DNA of 63,678 nucleotides, filler included, from Stramenopiles sp. TOSAG23-3 (taxonomy: Eukaryota), in the NCBI GenBank assembly GCA_900128585.1. It is 4 parts of 4 records of this genome, joined end to end, with 100 filler letters (N's around TTAATTAATTAA, not from the genome) between each part and the next. Parts side by side here need not be neighbours in the genome. Positions count along the whole stretch, not along the records: positions 1 to 29,590 come from LT642235.1; 3 more parts are not named here. One strand, written 5' to 3'. Both the position numbers and the translations under genes were made by a program. The notes beneath the pieces are model-generated. The model did not search any database and was not told the origin of the DNA. It saw only the letters and a program-made list of their open reading frames with translations. Below, one piece after another: positions 1 to 9,789 of this stretch; the first letter of the stretch is position 1; each line of letters begins with the position of its first letter.

Positions 1-2
1 CT

Positions 3-884
3 GATCTGTTGCCCGCCTGGCAAATACGCCATGCACGTGATCGGGGCCCGGACCTCGATCTCCGACACGGCCATCCCGTCGCTGTTGGTGTCCGTAACAA
101 TGAGCCGTTTGTCGTACCCCCCAGACGCAAACACGTGGGGAGAAACAGGGGAAAACAAGACATCCGCGACCGGGGCGCTGTGAAGACTACCGTAGCACTC
201 CCGAAGGGCCCGGGACTGGCTCTCGGTGATGTCCCAAAAGTAAACGCTCCCGTCTGCCGACGAGGAGATCATACCAGTTCGGTCTATGCTAGAAAACGAT
301 ATGGACGTGGTGGACGCGCCGGCCTCCAGGTCCATGAGTTTGGCTGGGGACAGGTTCAATGCCACCTTTCCCGTCACAACGTTGAACAGCGATATTTCCC
401 CGTTCGCCGAGCCGCTCCCGATGAACTTGTCGCCATCTCGGCTAAACTCTACGCACTGCACTTCCGAGGTATGCGTCCGAAAGTGCCGTATCACGGACCG
501 CTTCTTCAGGTCCCATATTTTAACGACTTTGTCCGTCCCCCCGCACGCCAGATATCGGGAGCCCGAGCTGAAGGACACGGCGTTGATCTTGTTCCACGTC
601 GACTGGTGCATAAAGTTTCGCCCAGTATCTTCTGAGTATTTGGTATCTATTTTCTCCTTCAACTGGCCTAGCTTTTGCCCACTGGCGTGCCGGAGCGTGA
701 TTACTCCCCCATCCCCCGCACTTACTAACACTTGGCCGTTGTGGTTAAACCGAACACACCTCGACCCAGTCTCCTCAAGAAACGCGTCATTTTCGTAAAG
801 TTGTTCCCCACGCCACGACCATGTCTTTACCCCATCGTCACCGGCAGTAGCAATCACCAACGACCTATCCGAAGAAGTTTCCAT
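3..884 (-). CDS. NEDD1: WD40-repeat protein, NEDD1/GCP-WD-like (gamma-tubulin ring complex recruiter); runs off the window start
   Basis: Not in the ORF track. Manual minus-strand translation from ATG 884: METSSDRSLVIATAGDDGVKTW...SRYLACGGTDKVVKIWDLKKRSVIRHFRTHTSEVQCVEF...IGSGSANGEISLFNV, matching the N-terminal WD40 pattern of NEDD1. Confidence 0.7.
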   Translation of the reverse strand, partial: METSSDRSLVIATAGDDGVKTWSWRGEQLYENDAFLEETGSRCVRFNHNGQVLVSAGDGGVITLRHASGQKLGQLKEKIDTKYSEDTGRNFMHQSTWNKINAVSFSSGSRYLACGGTDKVVKIWDLKKRSVIRHFRTHTSEVQCVEFSRDGDKFIGSGSANGEISLFNVVTGKVALNLSPAKLMDLEAGASTTSISFSSIDRTGMISSSADGSVYFWDITESQSRALRECYGSLHSAPVADVLFSPVSPHVFASGGYDKRLIVTDTNSDGMAVSEIEVRAPITCMAYLPGGQQI

Positions 885-2215
885 TGTACCAAAACAAAGA
901 CAGCACCCACCACGTTACGTTACGCGCGCAAATGCAAAGTAGAGGGAAGGAAGAAACCCACGCCCAGATATAAATCAAAGAAACGGTCCAAACTTCAAAA
1001 CAATCAACAATACATACAAACAAAGGCACGCAGACTATTTGACGAGTAACCGTTTCGTGTACCAGTTTTATCCCTTTGTATATATCCAATTCAAAAATTC
1101 AACGCTTTGCTTCAAAAATTGGCCCAAATAAATATCCAAAAAAAAAAAAAAAATCCTGTTTTTTTTTTCTTTTTTTTTCTTTGAATTTAAAAAAAAGGAA
1201 AGGTTATTATAGAATACTAAACATTGTATTAAATCAAATAGGTATTTAAATGAATCTAACAAAGTAATTATATAGGTATAATTTTATTAAAAGTACATAT
1301 GTTTATATAGTAATAATTAGCATGTATATAGTATTGAAAGTTAAAAACTCAACTTGAACACCATTCTATTTGGTTTAATTTTAAGTTGTTAGGAGGAAAT
1401 AGGATTGAAATAGATAAATCATTGCAGTCAGAAGTCAGAAAATAGAACTAATTTAAAGAAAATGATATGGGATGGTGTGTACCTTCTAATGTATTTATTT
1501 CATATAAATAGCATTGTATTATTAACATTGAATAGCATAGAGATGGTTGAAGTATGAATAATATATTCGTTATTTCTTTCAATTGTTTTCTTTTTTTTTA
1601 TTCATTTCGTCAATCATTTCGTTCTTCGGTTCATTCATTTCGTCATTTCGTCATTCATTTCGTTCGTCATTTTGTTGCGCGAGAAGAAAGTAAAGTGCTG
1701 GTGGACTGGTGGAGCAAGAAGAAGAACAAAAAAGCAGAAACCTGTTGGAAAGAAAGATGGAAAGACTACATCGCACAGCAATACAATTTTTGGATGGACA
1801 TTTGTGGTAAAAAATACTACAGTAATCGACGAACAAATGGAAAAAAGAAGAGAAAAACTAACAGGAAACAAACAAACCAACCACTACGGGACGGGCATGG
1901 ACAGATGGACATGGTGAATGTTTCTCTTCTTGGTTTTACTTATTGTTCAATTTATTCTACTAAACCAAATCCCTATGAAAGAATATAGGATTAGATCGCT
2001 AAAAATTGTGCTAAAAATGGCTTCTTGGCGGCTAGAAGAATATAATATAATTAATCATTTTTTTATCAATTAGTTTTTTACACATTCCATTAGTAATCTT
2101 CTCCGTGTCTACAAGGAATGCAAACTTGAGAAGGTAACCAGCTCTGCGTGATACAGAAGTATACGTGAAGTGGGTAGAATAATATTGGAGGTTAGGAACT
2201 CGTGGATGCGTCGCG

Positions 2216-5200
2216 ATGAGTAATCCATTTTCATCCCCGCCACCCACAACGATAGGGCAGTCGGCGAAGAAAGAGGACTCGGCGAAGCGGTTGGAACGAA
2301 GCGATACCTCGATGCAGAAACCGCGACGGTCCAATGCGGTAGGGAACAAAGTCACTCAAGCTGGCACGAAAGACATAGTGAAACGTGGGCGGGCAAACTC
2401 AACGCAGTCGCCGACAAAGGCAAGGTCGAAAAGCCGAAGTGGGAGCCCAGGGAAGACAATGCGCAAAGGCCTTATGGGGGTAAACAACGTAAATGTAAAT
2501 AAGTTCATCAAGTGGAACCCTTCCGGTGACAAGAAGGACCCGCGGAGGCACATGGGGTCCTCGGAGGCTCACGCTCGAAGGCAAAGAATAGCACGGGAAA
2601 GGGCGAAGAACCCTGCGCTGGTGGACCAACTTTTGAAAGATTTGAAGAAAGAATTAGGGGGGCGGCAGGGGCAAACGGTAGAGCAGATGCGACGAATGAT
2701 GGGGGCCTCCGCGACGAGGTCGTTCCTGCACCGTGCGCTGTTCAAGCGGGTGGCGAAGGCATTTTACCACTGGCTTTGCGGTGGGGTGGACGCATCCCTG
2801 ATGGGGCGACTGAAGCAAGCGTTAGACGACGAAAAAGACTTTACCCAGCAGTTGGAAGCAGAGGTAAAGCTTCAGCAGGAAGAGCAGGATGAGCTTCGGG
2901 CCGCGCAGGAGGAGTTGAAGCTCTCCCACGCCGCCCACGGAGCGGAGCTAGGGGGGTCCCTCGCGGAGCTCGAAGAAAACTACGAGAAGGTGTTTTATGT
3001 GATACAGAAAGCTAGAAAGAAAATCATAAAATCGATTTTCAAGAAGTTCAAACGGCGAGAATCCCTCTGGGGCTTGCGGCGCTGGAAGCGTCGGGTTTTT
3101 GGAAACATGGGGAAATACAAGAAGATGATGCGGGCGGCGACGTGGTTCACGAACAAGCACGTGCGGAAGACGTGGCGTGCGTGGCAGATATATCTGCGCA
3201 TTCGACACGAAGAAAGGAGGAAAATGCTTAAGTCCTCCGCGTTCATGCACAATAAGTCGCTCTCGGTCGGGTTTTACCGCTGGAGAAAGCTCTCGGCCCG
3301 CCGTCAGATGATGCGCAAGCTATTGTTGGCTATATTCTCGAAGAAAGTGGCCCGGGTACGGTCGAAAGCGTACAAGCGGTGGCAGGGCCGCACCATCGGC
3401 TCCTCTGTAGCCGTCGAACTTCGGCACCAAAACAAAAGATTAACTGACGAGCTAGCGCAGCTAAAGTCAAGCTACGAACACAATTACACGAGCCTGAGCC
3501 TTGTCCACATGGGCCTTGTACTGCGAAGAAATCACGCCCAGGCGACCTCGGAGGCACTCCGGCGCTGGAAAACCAGCACCGCCGCAGCAAAGGCGATCGC
3601 GAAGCGGCAAGAGGCTCTCCTCAAGCGTGGCGGTAGGAAGCTGTACAGGCGAATGCTCACCAGGGACGTGGCCACTTGGAAAGAATATGCTCGGAAGAGG
3701 CATCAAGTCAAACGGCTCCTACGACGGATTACAAAGCACACTTTCAAACGATTTTACCGAAAATTTGTAAGCCGGTGGCGCTCTGCGACCGTGATGATCC
3801 GAGAGAGGGAACGTAAGGACAACCTCCACAAAAACAAAATGAACCGGATCCTTGGCCGGCTGTGTAATGGCCTCCTTTCGATGGCGTGGAAATCATGGTC
3901 GGACGGAGCAGCCGCAGCGCGGCGCAGAGAGGTCATTCTGGAACGGGCCGCTCGAAAAATGCGCAACAGAAAACTAAACGCATCCATGCAGGCATGGGTC
4001 GCGTGCAGAAACCTTCGGCAGCACAAGAGGAGGGTTCTTACGATGATTTTGAGTCGGCTGTGCAACGGGAAAATGTCGAGCGGATTCAACAAGTGGAAAA
4101 CCGAGACAAATGAGTGGATCAGGCACGAAGTCATCATGTACCGCGTTGCCCATAAAATTAAGCGCAGAGAGCTTGCACAGGCATTCGAGGGCTGGATCTC
4201 GTACTGGGAAGAGCGCATCAGGCACAAGGTACTGCTGGCCCGAGCGGCAGAACGAATACTCAACAAGCGGCTCACGTCTGCGATGTACTCCTGGGGCCTG
4301 TACGTAAAGTATAGAACATATGCCCGCGGTTTAGCATTTCGTGTGTTCAACAGGGTTGTCAACGGCAAAATGGCCGCTGCATGGACGTCCTGGTCCGACC
4401 TGGTAAACGAGGGTCGAAAACACGAGGCCATAATGGGCAAAATTAGCCGGCGTATGATGAACCGGCAGATCGCGGGAGCGTACTCCGCTTGGGTAGCACT
4501 AGTTACGGAACAGCGGCGGCACCGCTTACTGCTTCAGCGGGCGGCAGGGAAGATGATGATGCGGAGACTTTCCTCGTCTTTAGAGGGGTGGCTAGATTAT
4601 GTAGATGCAAGACTTCGGTTCAAAGTACTGGCGTTTAAAATATTTCGTCGGCTGGAACATGCGATGGTTCTGAAAGGACTGAACACATGGAAAGAACGAG
4701 CAGAAAACCTGCGCAAGTACGAACTTAATATCCGAAAAGCTACCATGATGTGGCGTAACCGTGCGCTCGGCGCGACGTACCAGACTTGGAAAGCAAATGC
4801 AAAAGAGATGGCACGCAATGGGCGACTGCTCAGGCGATTCGCTAAGAAAATAAACCGCCGAAAGTTGTTTGCGGCATGGGGGGGATGGGAAGACGCGGTG
4901 AAAGAGAGGAAAGAAAACCGCGTGAAAGTTGAACGCTGCATGAAAAAGATACGGAACAAAACGATTGCAATGGCATTTTCTAGCTGGACCGACTACTACC
5001 GAGCCCGATTACGGGCCAGGCACTTGGCAAACAGAGTGTTTCAGCGCATCGTGAACGGAAAGTGCATGAGCGCGCTTGTGGCCTGGAAAGATGCAGTCTC
5101 TTTTATGCAGCGAATGGAAGTAATACTCGCTCGCGCGGGGGCCAGGTTGCGCAACAGGCACGTCACTGCAGCAATGAACAGCTGGGTGGAGATGGTGGAA

Positions 5201-8200
5201 AATGCGAAACGAGATCGTTTTATGCTGGGGAAAGCGTTGGCCATGATGAAAAATCGAATAGCGGGTGCCGCGTTTTCAACATGGAACGACAAAGCTAAAT
5301 TGGCAATTATTTACAGGCGGAAAGTGTCTCTGGCTCTCCACCGGCTGCACCACCGCAGGGTCCTGGGATCTTGGAGTGCATGGATGAAATACCTGGAAGA
5401 GCGGCAAAGAATAAAAACACTGGTGAACAAAGTAATCGGTCGCCTGAAGCATTCGAAAGTGCACTCTGGATGGCAAACATGGCAGGCGTACGTGGCGATG
5501 AAAAACAGGTACCTGTACGTCGTCTCGAAGGCCAGCAGGAGAATGAAGAATCGTCGAATTGCGGCGGCGTACACTTCGTGGGTAATAATGTGGGAACGTG
5601 CATGCCGGGAGCGGTTGATTCTGGAGCGATGCGCGCGAAAGATGAAATACCGCAGAAGTTCAATGGTATTCGATTGCTGGTACAGTTTCACTGAAGAAGC
5701 GTTGCGCCGAAAGTATTTGGTCGTAAAAGCCACAAAAATGTGGAAAAATAGAGAGCTTAGCAAAGTGTTTCTTGGGTGGAAGACGAACGTTGAAGAAAAG
5801 TTGCGCAATAAGCTATTGCTGAAACGGGCAGCGTTAAAACTTAAAAATCGGCTGAAAGCCCAGAGCTTTATGGCCTGGGACGATTATGTTGAGTGGCGCA
5901 TTCGAGGCAAGTACCTCGTGCGAAAAACGCTAGGGGGGCTTGCGTACGGTAAGCAAAGTTCGGCGTTTCGGAAATGGTTGTCAGTAATGGCATTGTTACG
6001 ATGGGAGGACGAGCTTCGGAATTTGAGTGACGACGACCAGAAGAAAATGCGAGACGCCCAGCGACAGAAGGAAATGGCGCTAGAAAAGGAACGACGGGAG
6101 GCCGAGCGTCGGCGCCGAATGGTTAAACGTGTTATCGGGCGGGTGAGAAATCGAACGACCGGCAGGGCGCTGGATGCTTGGTGTGCAGAAATTGCGGAGC
6201 GAAAGCGTGTTCGGGTGCTATTGAAACGGGCCGCGCTTAAGATAAAACACAGAGTACTTTTTCAAACTTGGGATGCGTGGAAGTTCACAACGATTGAACG
6301 TATAGAAAACCGCGTGAAAGTACGGAAGTGTTTGAAACGAATGCATCACGCCCGCGTCGCTGCAGCCATGACTGGCTGGTACGATGCCGTTCGGTCGGCA
6401 AAAACAAATCGGCTGAAAGTTGCGAGGACACTGAAGCGAATGAAAAACCGAATGAAGGGAAGCGTGTTCGACAGCTGGCAGGACGCGATTGTTATCCAAC
6501 GGCGGAATAATGTTGCCGTGAACCGGTGTCTGCTACGGATGAAGAAGCGAGACCTAGACAAGGCGTTTGTAGGGTGGTACGACGCCGCGCAAGACAGGAT
6601 TCGCAACAGGTGGTTGGTCGGCCGAATATTAGGGCGGCTGCTGAACAGCCAATACGTGGCAGCATTTTCTACATGGCACGGAAAGGTACTGGCGGCAAAG
6701 AGGGCGGAGGCTACCGGTGCCGAAGTCGACCCCGTCGTGAAACAGATGCGCCGAGTGGTCAAACGCATGATGAATAGTTTCTTGAATTCGGGGTGGCTCA
6801 AGTGGAACGCTTGGATAGCAGAACAAAAGCGTCACGAGGCGATACTAAAAAACGTGATGCGTAAGTGGAGGTATAAAACCCTCGCGGCCACGATGGACGG
6901 TTGGACAGAAGCGGTGGCGAACATTAAACGCCACAGGGCCATGGTAAAGCGAGCAGCAAGGAAGTGGAAACATCGTACGACGGCAGCTGTTTGGAGCCGC
7001 TGGGCGGAGTACACTATCGAGCGGAAAGAAAACCGTATCAAAGTGACACGATTCCTGTACAAGATGAAAAACAAGGTTGTTGTTTCTTCCTGGAGTGCTT
7101 GGGCTAGCTTAGTCAATGATGCACGGCGGCACCGCAATTTGGTGGCACGTGCAGCGGCAAAGTGGAAAAATAAAATGGCCAGTGTGGCGTTTGAAGCGTG
7201 GTATCACATGGTTGAGACTGTCAAGCGCCATCGCTTTCTGGTGCAGCGGGCTGCAAAACGATGGCAGCAACGGGCAGCGGCCGGTGCATTTTTAGCCTGG
7301 GACGACTTGCGCGGGAAGCGAAAGCGCCTGCGTCACTTGCTGAATGGCATGGGGAGTCAAAACGATTTTAGACTGCTGCGTGCAGGGCTTGGGAAGTGGA
7401 AGGTATGGTTTGCCGGAACGTTGAAGCCGGTGGGAGACAAATTTATTCATGCAATGAAAACATGCTTGGAGTTGCGAGAAAAGTCGGAGAGTCAAAGGTT
7501 GCAGAAATCGTGCGATCTTGTGGTTGAAAAATTAAGGATGTTACTCCTACCAGCGGCAGGGGCCGCGGAGCGTCATAAAAAGTGGTTGCTGAAGCGGGAG
7601 AAGCAATGGAAGGGCCGTATAACAGGGGGGATTCCCAAGTGGGTGTACAAACCGGTTGCCCCTGTGTGGTCGACGGAAGAACTAGATGATGAGCACCATC
7701 TGACCGACGAAGAAGAGGATGATAAGCGCATAAAAGATTACATGTTCCGAGATCCTAGCGAAGGGAAAGAGCCGAACAAAGATGACGCCAACACGGCTGC
7801 AGCCAAAGCTATACTGGGTCCCCGCATACTGACACCAGCCCAAGCGAAGCGAAGACGGTTGCGCGAGGCCGCTAAAAAGCGCGGAGGGTCTCCGCTGGCA
7901 CCTCCTAAATCGGCACGGGCTGGAAACGAACTAATCGTCGTGAACGGCAGTTTTGAAGTGGCAGAGGAAGCGGCCAGGCAGCTGGGAGAGAACGAGTTTA
8001 AGATGAAACAGGACCTGGCAGATGCGGTACTTCGCCGCAAAGAAGCCTTTGGCCAAGTCAAAGCCGTTAAGGAACAAATGGTTCAGATTCAGCAAACAAA
8101 CAGTTTGCACATGGAAATGATGATGCAGAAATCCGAAGAAGCAAGCCTCAAACTAAACCAAGTGATCGAAAGGCAGAAGCAAGACGTCCAGGCTCTGCAA

Positions 8201-9262
8201 ATGGAGTTCGATACAGCACTTCATAAAATTAAAAAGCTGGGCGATGCAAGCAAAAAACAAGAACGCAGGTATCTTCTTGCTCTGGAGAAAAAGCAGCAAG
8301 CGGTCGATCACGAACTAGAAGAAAAACGAAGGTTAGAGGGTATTGTCATTGCTATGGGAAAGCGCCAGGGAGAAAAGATGGACGAGACCATGAGTATCGT
8401 CGACATGACAATCCGGCGCAGGACGCGCCCCACGTCTGCTAGCAGCACCAAATCGCGCATGTCGTTGCGAGCGAATCGTTCTCCAATTACCCCCACATCT
8501 CCGGTAACACCCAGCGGCACTTTGGTAGAAAGCAAACAGGCCAGCATGCGCCCTAAATCGGCAAATATAAGGGTACGAGCGCGATCCAAAGGTCGCCGGG
8601 ATCGCCGTCGGCCTGGATCCGCAGCTAGTTCTCGACCAAATTCACGAGGGTCCCTGTCCCCGTACGTGCTCGGCGTGAAGCATACCCACGAGGACGAAAT
8701 GGTCTCTGAAATAGCTACCTTGAAAAGAGAAGTTCAGGACAAATTGGAGGAGCTGAATGCAAAAGAGACTTTGGTTTCTCAACTGCAATATGATGTTCAG
8801 ACTCTGCACAGCGATTTGCATGCGGCCAATGAAGTCCAAACTAGTATTGAAGTCGATGTGAACAAACGAATTGAGGGTATCCGGAAGCGAGCAAGGAAAC
8901 AATTACAGTACCAGCACGCAAAGTGTAGCTCTTTGGAAGCAAAAGTAAAACAACTTGAAGACCAGCTGTCGCAAACGACGAATGTCATACAGCCCAGGCC
9001 AAAAACGGCATGGAATACCCCAAAGGCAGCCCGGAACGAAGCAGCAGAGCAAAAAAAGCTGGAAGAAACCGCGCTAGCGAATGAGGCCATGGACCCATCC
9101 CCGATTCCACCCCGACCAGCCTCACAGCCCCAGGCCCGCCCTACTTCCCCCGTTCAATGGGCCCAGTCAGTGAAAGAAGTAAACCTTAATAAAGGGGATG
9201 AAGGGAACGAAGAAAGCAAAGTCATAATATTGCCAAGCAGAGCAATGTTTCAAGCCATGTAA
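2216..9262 (+). CDS. Giant Sfi1-like centrin-binding repeat protein with coiled-coil and low-complexity termini (2348 aa)
   Basis: Roughly 40 basic helical repeats with a Trp about every 33 aa (e.g. KMRNRKLNASMQAW...RLCNGKMSSGFNKW...RELAQAFEGW), resembling the Sfi1 A-x7-LL-x3-F-x2-W consensus. Confidence 0.7.
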   Translation: MSNPFSSPPPTTIGQSAKKEDSAKRLERSDTSMQKPRRSNAVGNKVTQAGTKDIVKRGRANSTQSPTKARSKSRSGSPGKTMRKGLMGVNNVNVNKFIKWNPSGDKKDPRRHMGSSEAHARRQRIARERAKNPALVDQLLKDLKKELGGRQGQTVEQMRRMMGASATRSFLHRALFKRVAKAFYHWLCGGVDASLMGRLKQALDDEKDFTQQLEAEVKLQQEEQDELRAAQEELKLSHAAHGAELGGSLAELEENYEKVFYVIQKARKKIIKSIFKKFKRRESLWGLRRWKRRVFGNMGKYKKMMRAATWFTNKHVRKTWRAWQIYLRIRHEERRKMLKSSAFMHNKSLSVGFYRWRKLSARRQMMRKLLLAIFSKKVARVRSKAYKRWQGRTIGSSVAVELRHQNKRLTDELAQLKSSYEHNYTSLSLVHMGLVLRRNHAQATSEALRRWKTSTAAAKAIAKRQEALLKRGGRKLYRRMLTRDVATWKEYARKRHQVKRLLRRITKHTFKRFYRKFVSRWRSATVMIRERERKDNLHKNKMNRILGRLCNGLLSMAWKSWSDGAAAARRREVILERAARKMRNRKLNASMQAWVACRNLRQHKRRVLTMILSRLCNGKMSSGFNKWKTETNEWIRHEVIMYRVAHKIKRRELAQAFEGWISYWEERIRHKVLLARAAERILNKRLTSAMYSWGLYVKYRTYARGLAFRVFNRVVNGKMAAAWTSWSDLVNEGRKHEAIMGKISRRMMNRQIAGAYSAWVALVTEQRRHRLLLQRAAGKMMMRRLSSSLEGWLDYVDARLRFKVLAFKIFRRLEHAMVLKGLNTWKERAENLRKYELNIRKATMMWRNRALGATYQTWKANAKEMARNGRLLRRFAKKINRRKLFAAWGGWEDAVKERKENRVKVERCMKKIRNKTIAMAFSSWTDYYRARLRARHLANRVFQRIVNGKCMSALVAWKDAVSFMQRMEVILARAGARLRNRHVTAAMNSWVEMVENAKRDRFMLGKALAMMKNRIAGAAFSTWNDKAKLAIIYRRKVSLALHRLHHRRVLGSWSAWMKYLEERQRIKTLVNKVIGRLKHSKVHSGWQTWQAYVAMKNRYLYVVSKASRRMKNRRIAAAYTSWVIMWERACRERLILERCARKMKYRRSSMVFDCWYSFTEEALRRKYLVVKATKMWKNRELSKVFLGWKTNVEEKLRNKLLLKRAALKLKNRLKAQSFMAWDDYVEWRIRGKYLVRKTLGGLAYGKQSSAFRKWLSVMALLRWEDELRNLSDDDQKKMRDAQRQKEMALEKERREAERRRRMVKRVIGRVRNRTTGRALDAWCAEIAERKRVRVLLKRAALKIKHRVLFQTWDAWKFTTIERIENRVKVRKCLKRMHHARVAAAMTGWYDAVRSAKTNRLKVARTLKRMKNRMKGSVFDSWQDAIVIQRRNNVAVNRCLLRMKKRDLDKAFVGWYDAAQDRIRNRWLVGRILGRLLNSQYVAAFSTWHGKVLAAKRAEATGAEVDPVVKQMRRVVKRMMNSFLNSGWLKWNAWIAEQKRHEAILKNVMRKWRYKTLAATMDGWTEAVANIKRHRAMVKRAARKWKHRTTAAVWSRWAEYTIERKENRIKVTRFLYKMKNKVVVSSWSAWASLVNDARRHRNLVARAAAKWKNKMASVAFEAWYHMVETVKRHRFLVQRAAKRWQQRAAAGAFLAWDDLRGKRKRLRHLLNGMGSQNDFRLLRAGLGKWKVWFAGTLKPVGDKFIHAMKTCLELREKSESQRLQKSCDLVVEKLRMLLLPAAGAAERHKKWLLKREKQWKGRITGGIPKWVYKPVAPVWSTEELDDEHHLTDEEEDDKRIKDYMFRDPSEGKEPNKDDANTAAAKAILGPRILTPAQAKRRRLREAAKKRGGSPLAPPKSARAGNELIVVNGSFEVAEEAARQLGENEFKMKQDLADAVLRRKEAFGQVKAVKEQMVQIQQTNSLHMEMMMQKSEEASLKLNQVIERQKQDVQALQMEFDTALHKIKKLGDASKKQERRYLLALEKKQQAVDHELEEKRRLEGIVIAMGKRQGEKMDETMSIVDMTIRRRTRPTSASSTKSRMSLRANRSPITPTSPVTPSGTLVESKQASMRPKSANIRVRARSKGRRDRRRPGSAASSRPNSRGSLSPYVLGVKHTHEDEMVSEIATLKREVQDKLEELNAKETLVSQLQYDVQTLHSDLHAANEVQTSIEVDVNKRIEGIRKRARKQLQYQHAKCSSLEAKVKQLEDQLSQTTNVIQPRPKTAWNTPKAARNEAAEQKKLEETALANEAMDPSPIPPRPASQPQARPTSPVQWAQSVKEVNLNKGDEGNEESKVIILPSRAMFQAM

Positions 9263-9789
9263 TCGATATTTTTCAAGGTTAAGGTATACTTACAAAGTAC
9301 TGTTTTTTTTCTCTCTCGCCTGCTATACCACTGTCTATGATTGAAGGAAGCTTTCCAGACTTCTACTAATTAGCTAAAGAAGAGCTAAAGAGCTAATAAA
9401 GAGCTAAATATCCTTTACTCTAAATTCGCAGACTTCTGCCTATTCAATAGGTTCATAGCATACCGTACCTTTGAAGAAGAAGAATGCGCAGTGTGATAAT
9501 ATAATGTACATAATAATACCATTATCCATTATGTACCATAATACCACTTCCACATTTTACCCTATTTTGTGTATTGTGTTCCTGTGGAGGTTAGGTATCT
9601 CATCTCACCTTCCTGGGTGGGTGTGGCTAGTGGGGCTACCTTCCGACTTTGTGTTGTGGGAGGGAGCGAACGGAAATTTGCTTTTATATTCTGTTAATCA
9701 TCTTGTGACAAAGTCCTAAAACGTTTAAGAACAACGAACATTTTCTGAAAATCTGAATTGCTTTCAAAGATATAAACAAACACAACAAC

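Noticed and set aside
9-798. Plus-strand ORFs 9-635 and 286-798
   Set aside because: Antisense shadows of the NEDD1-like gene.
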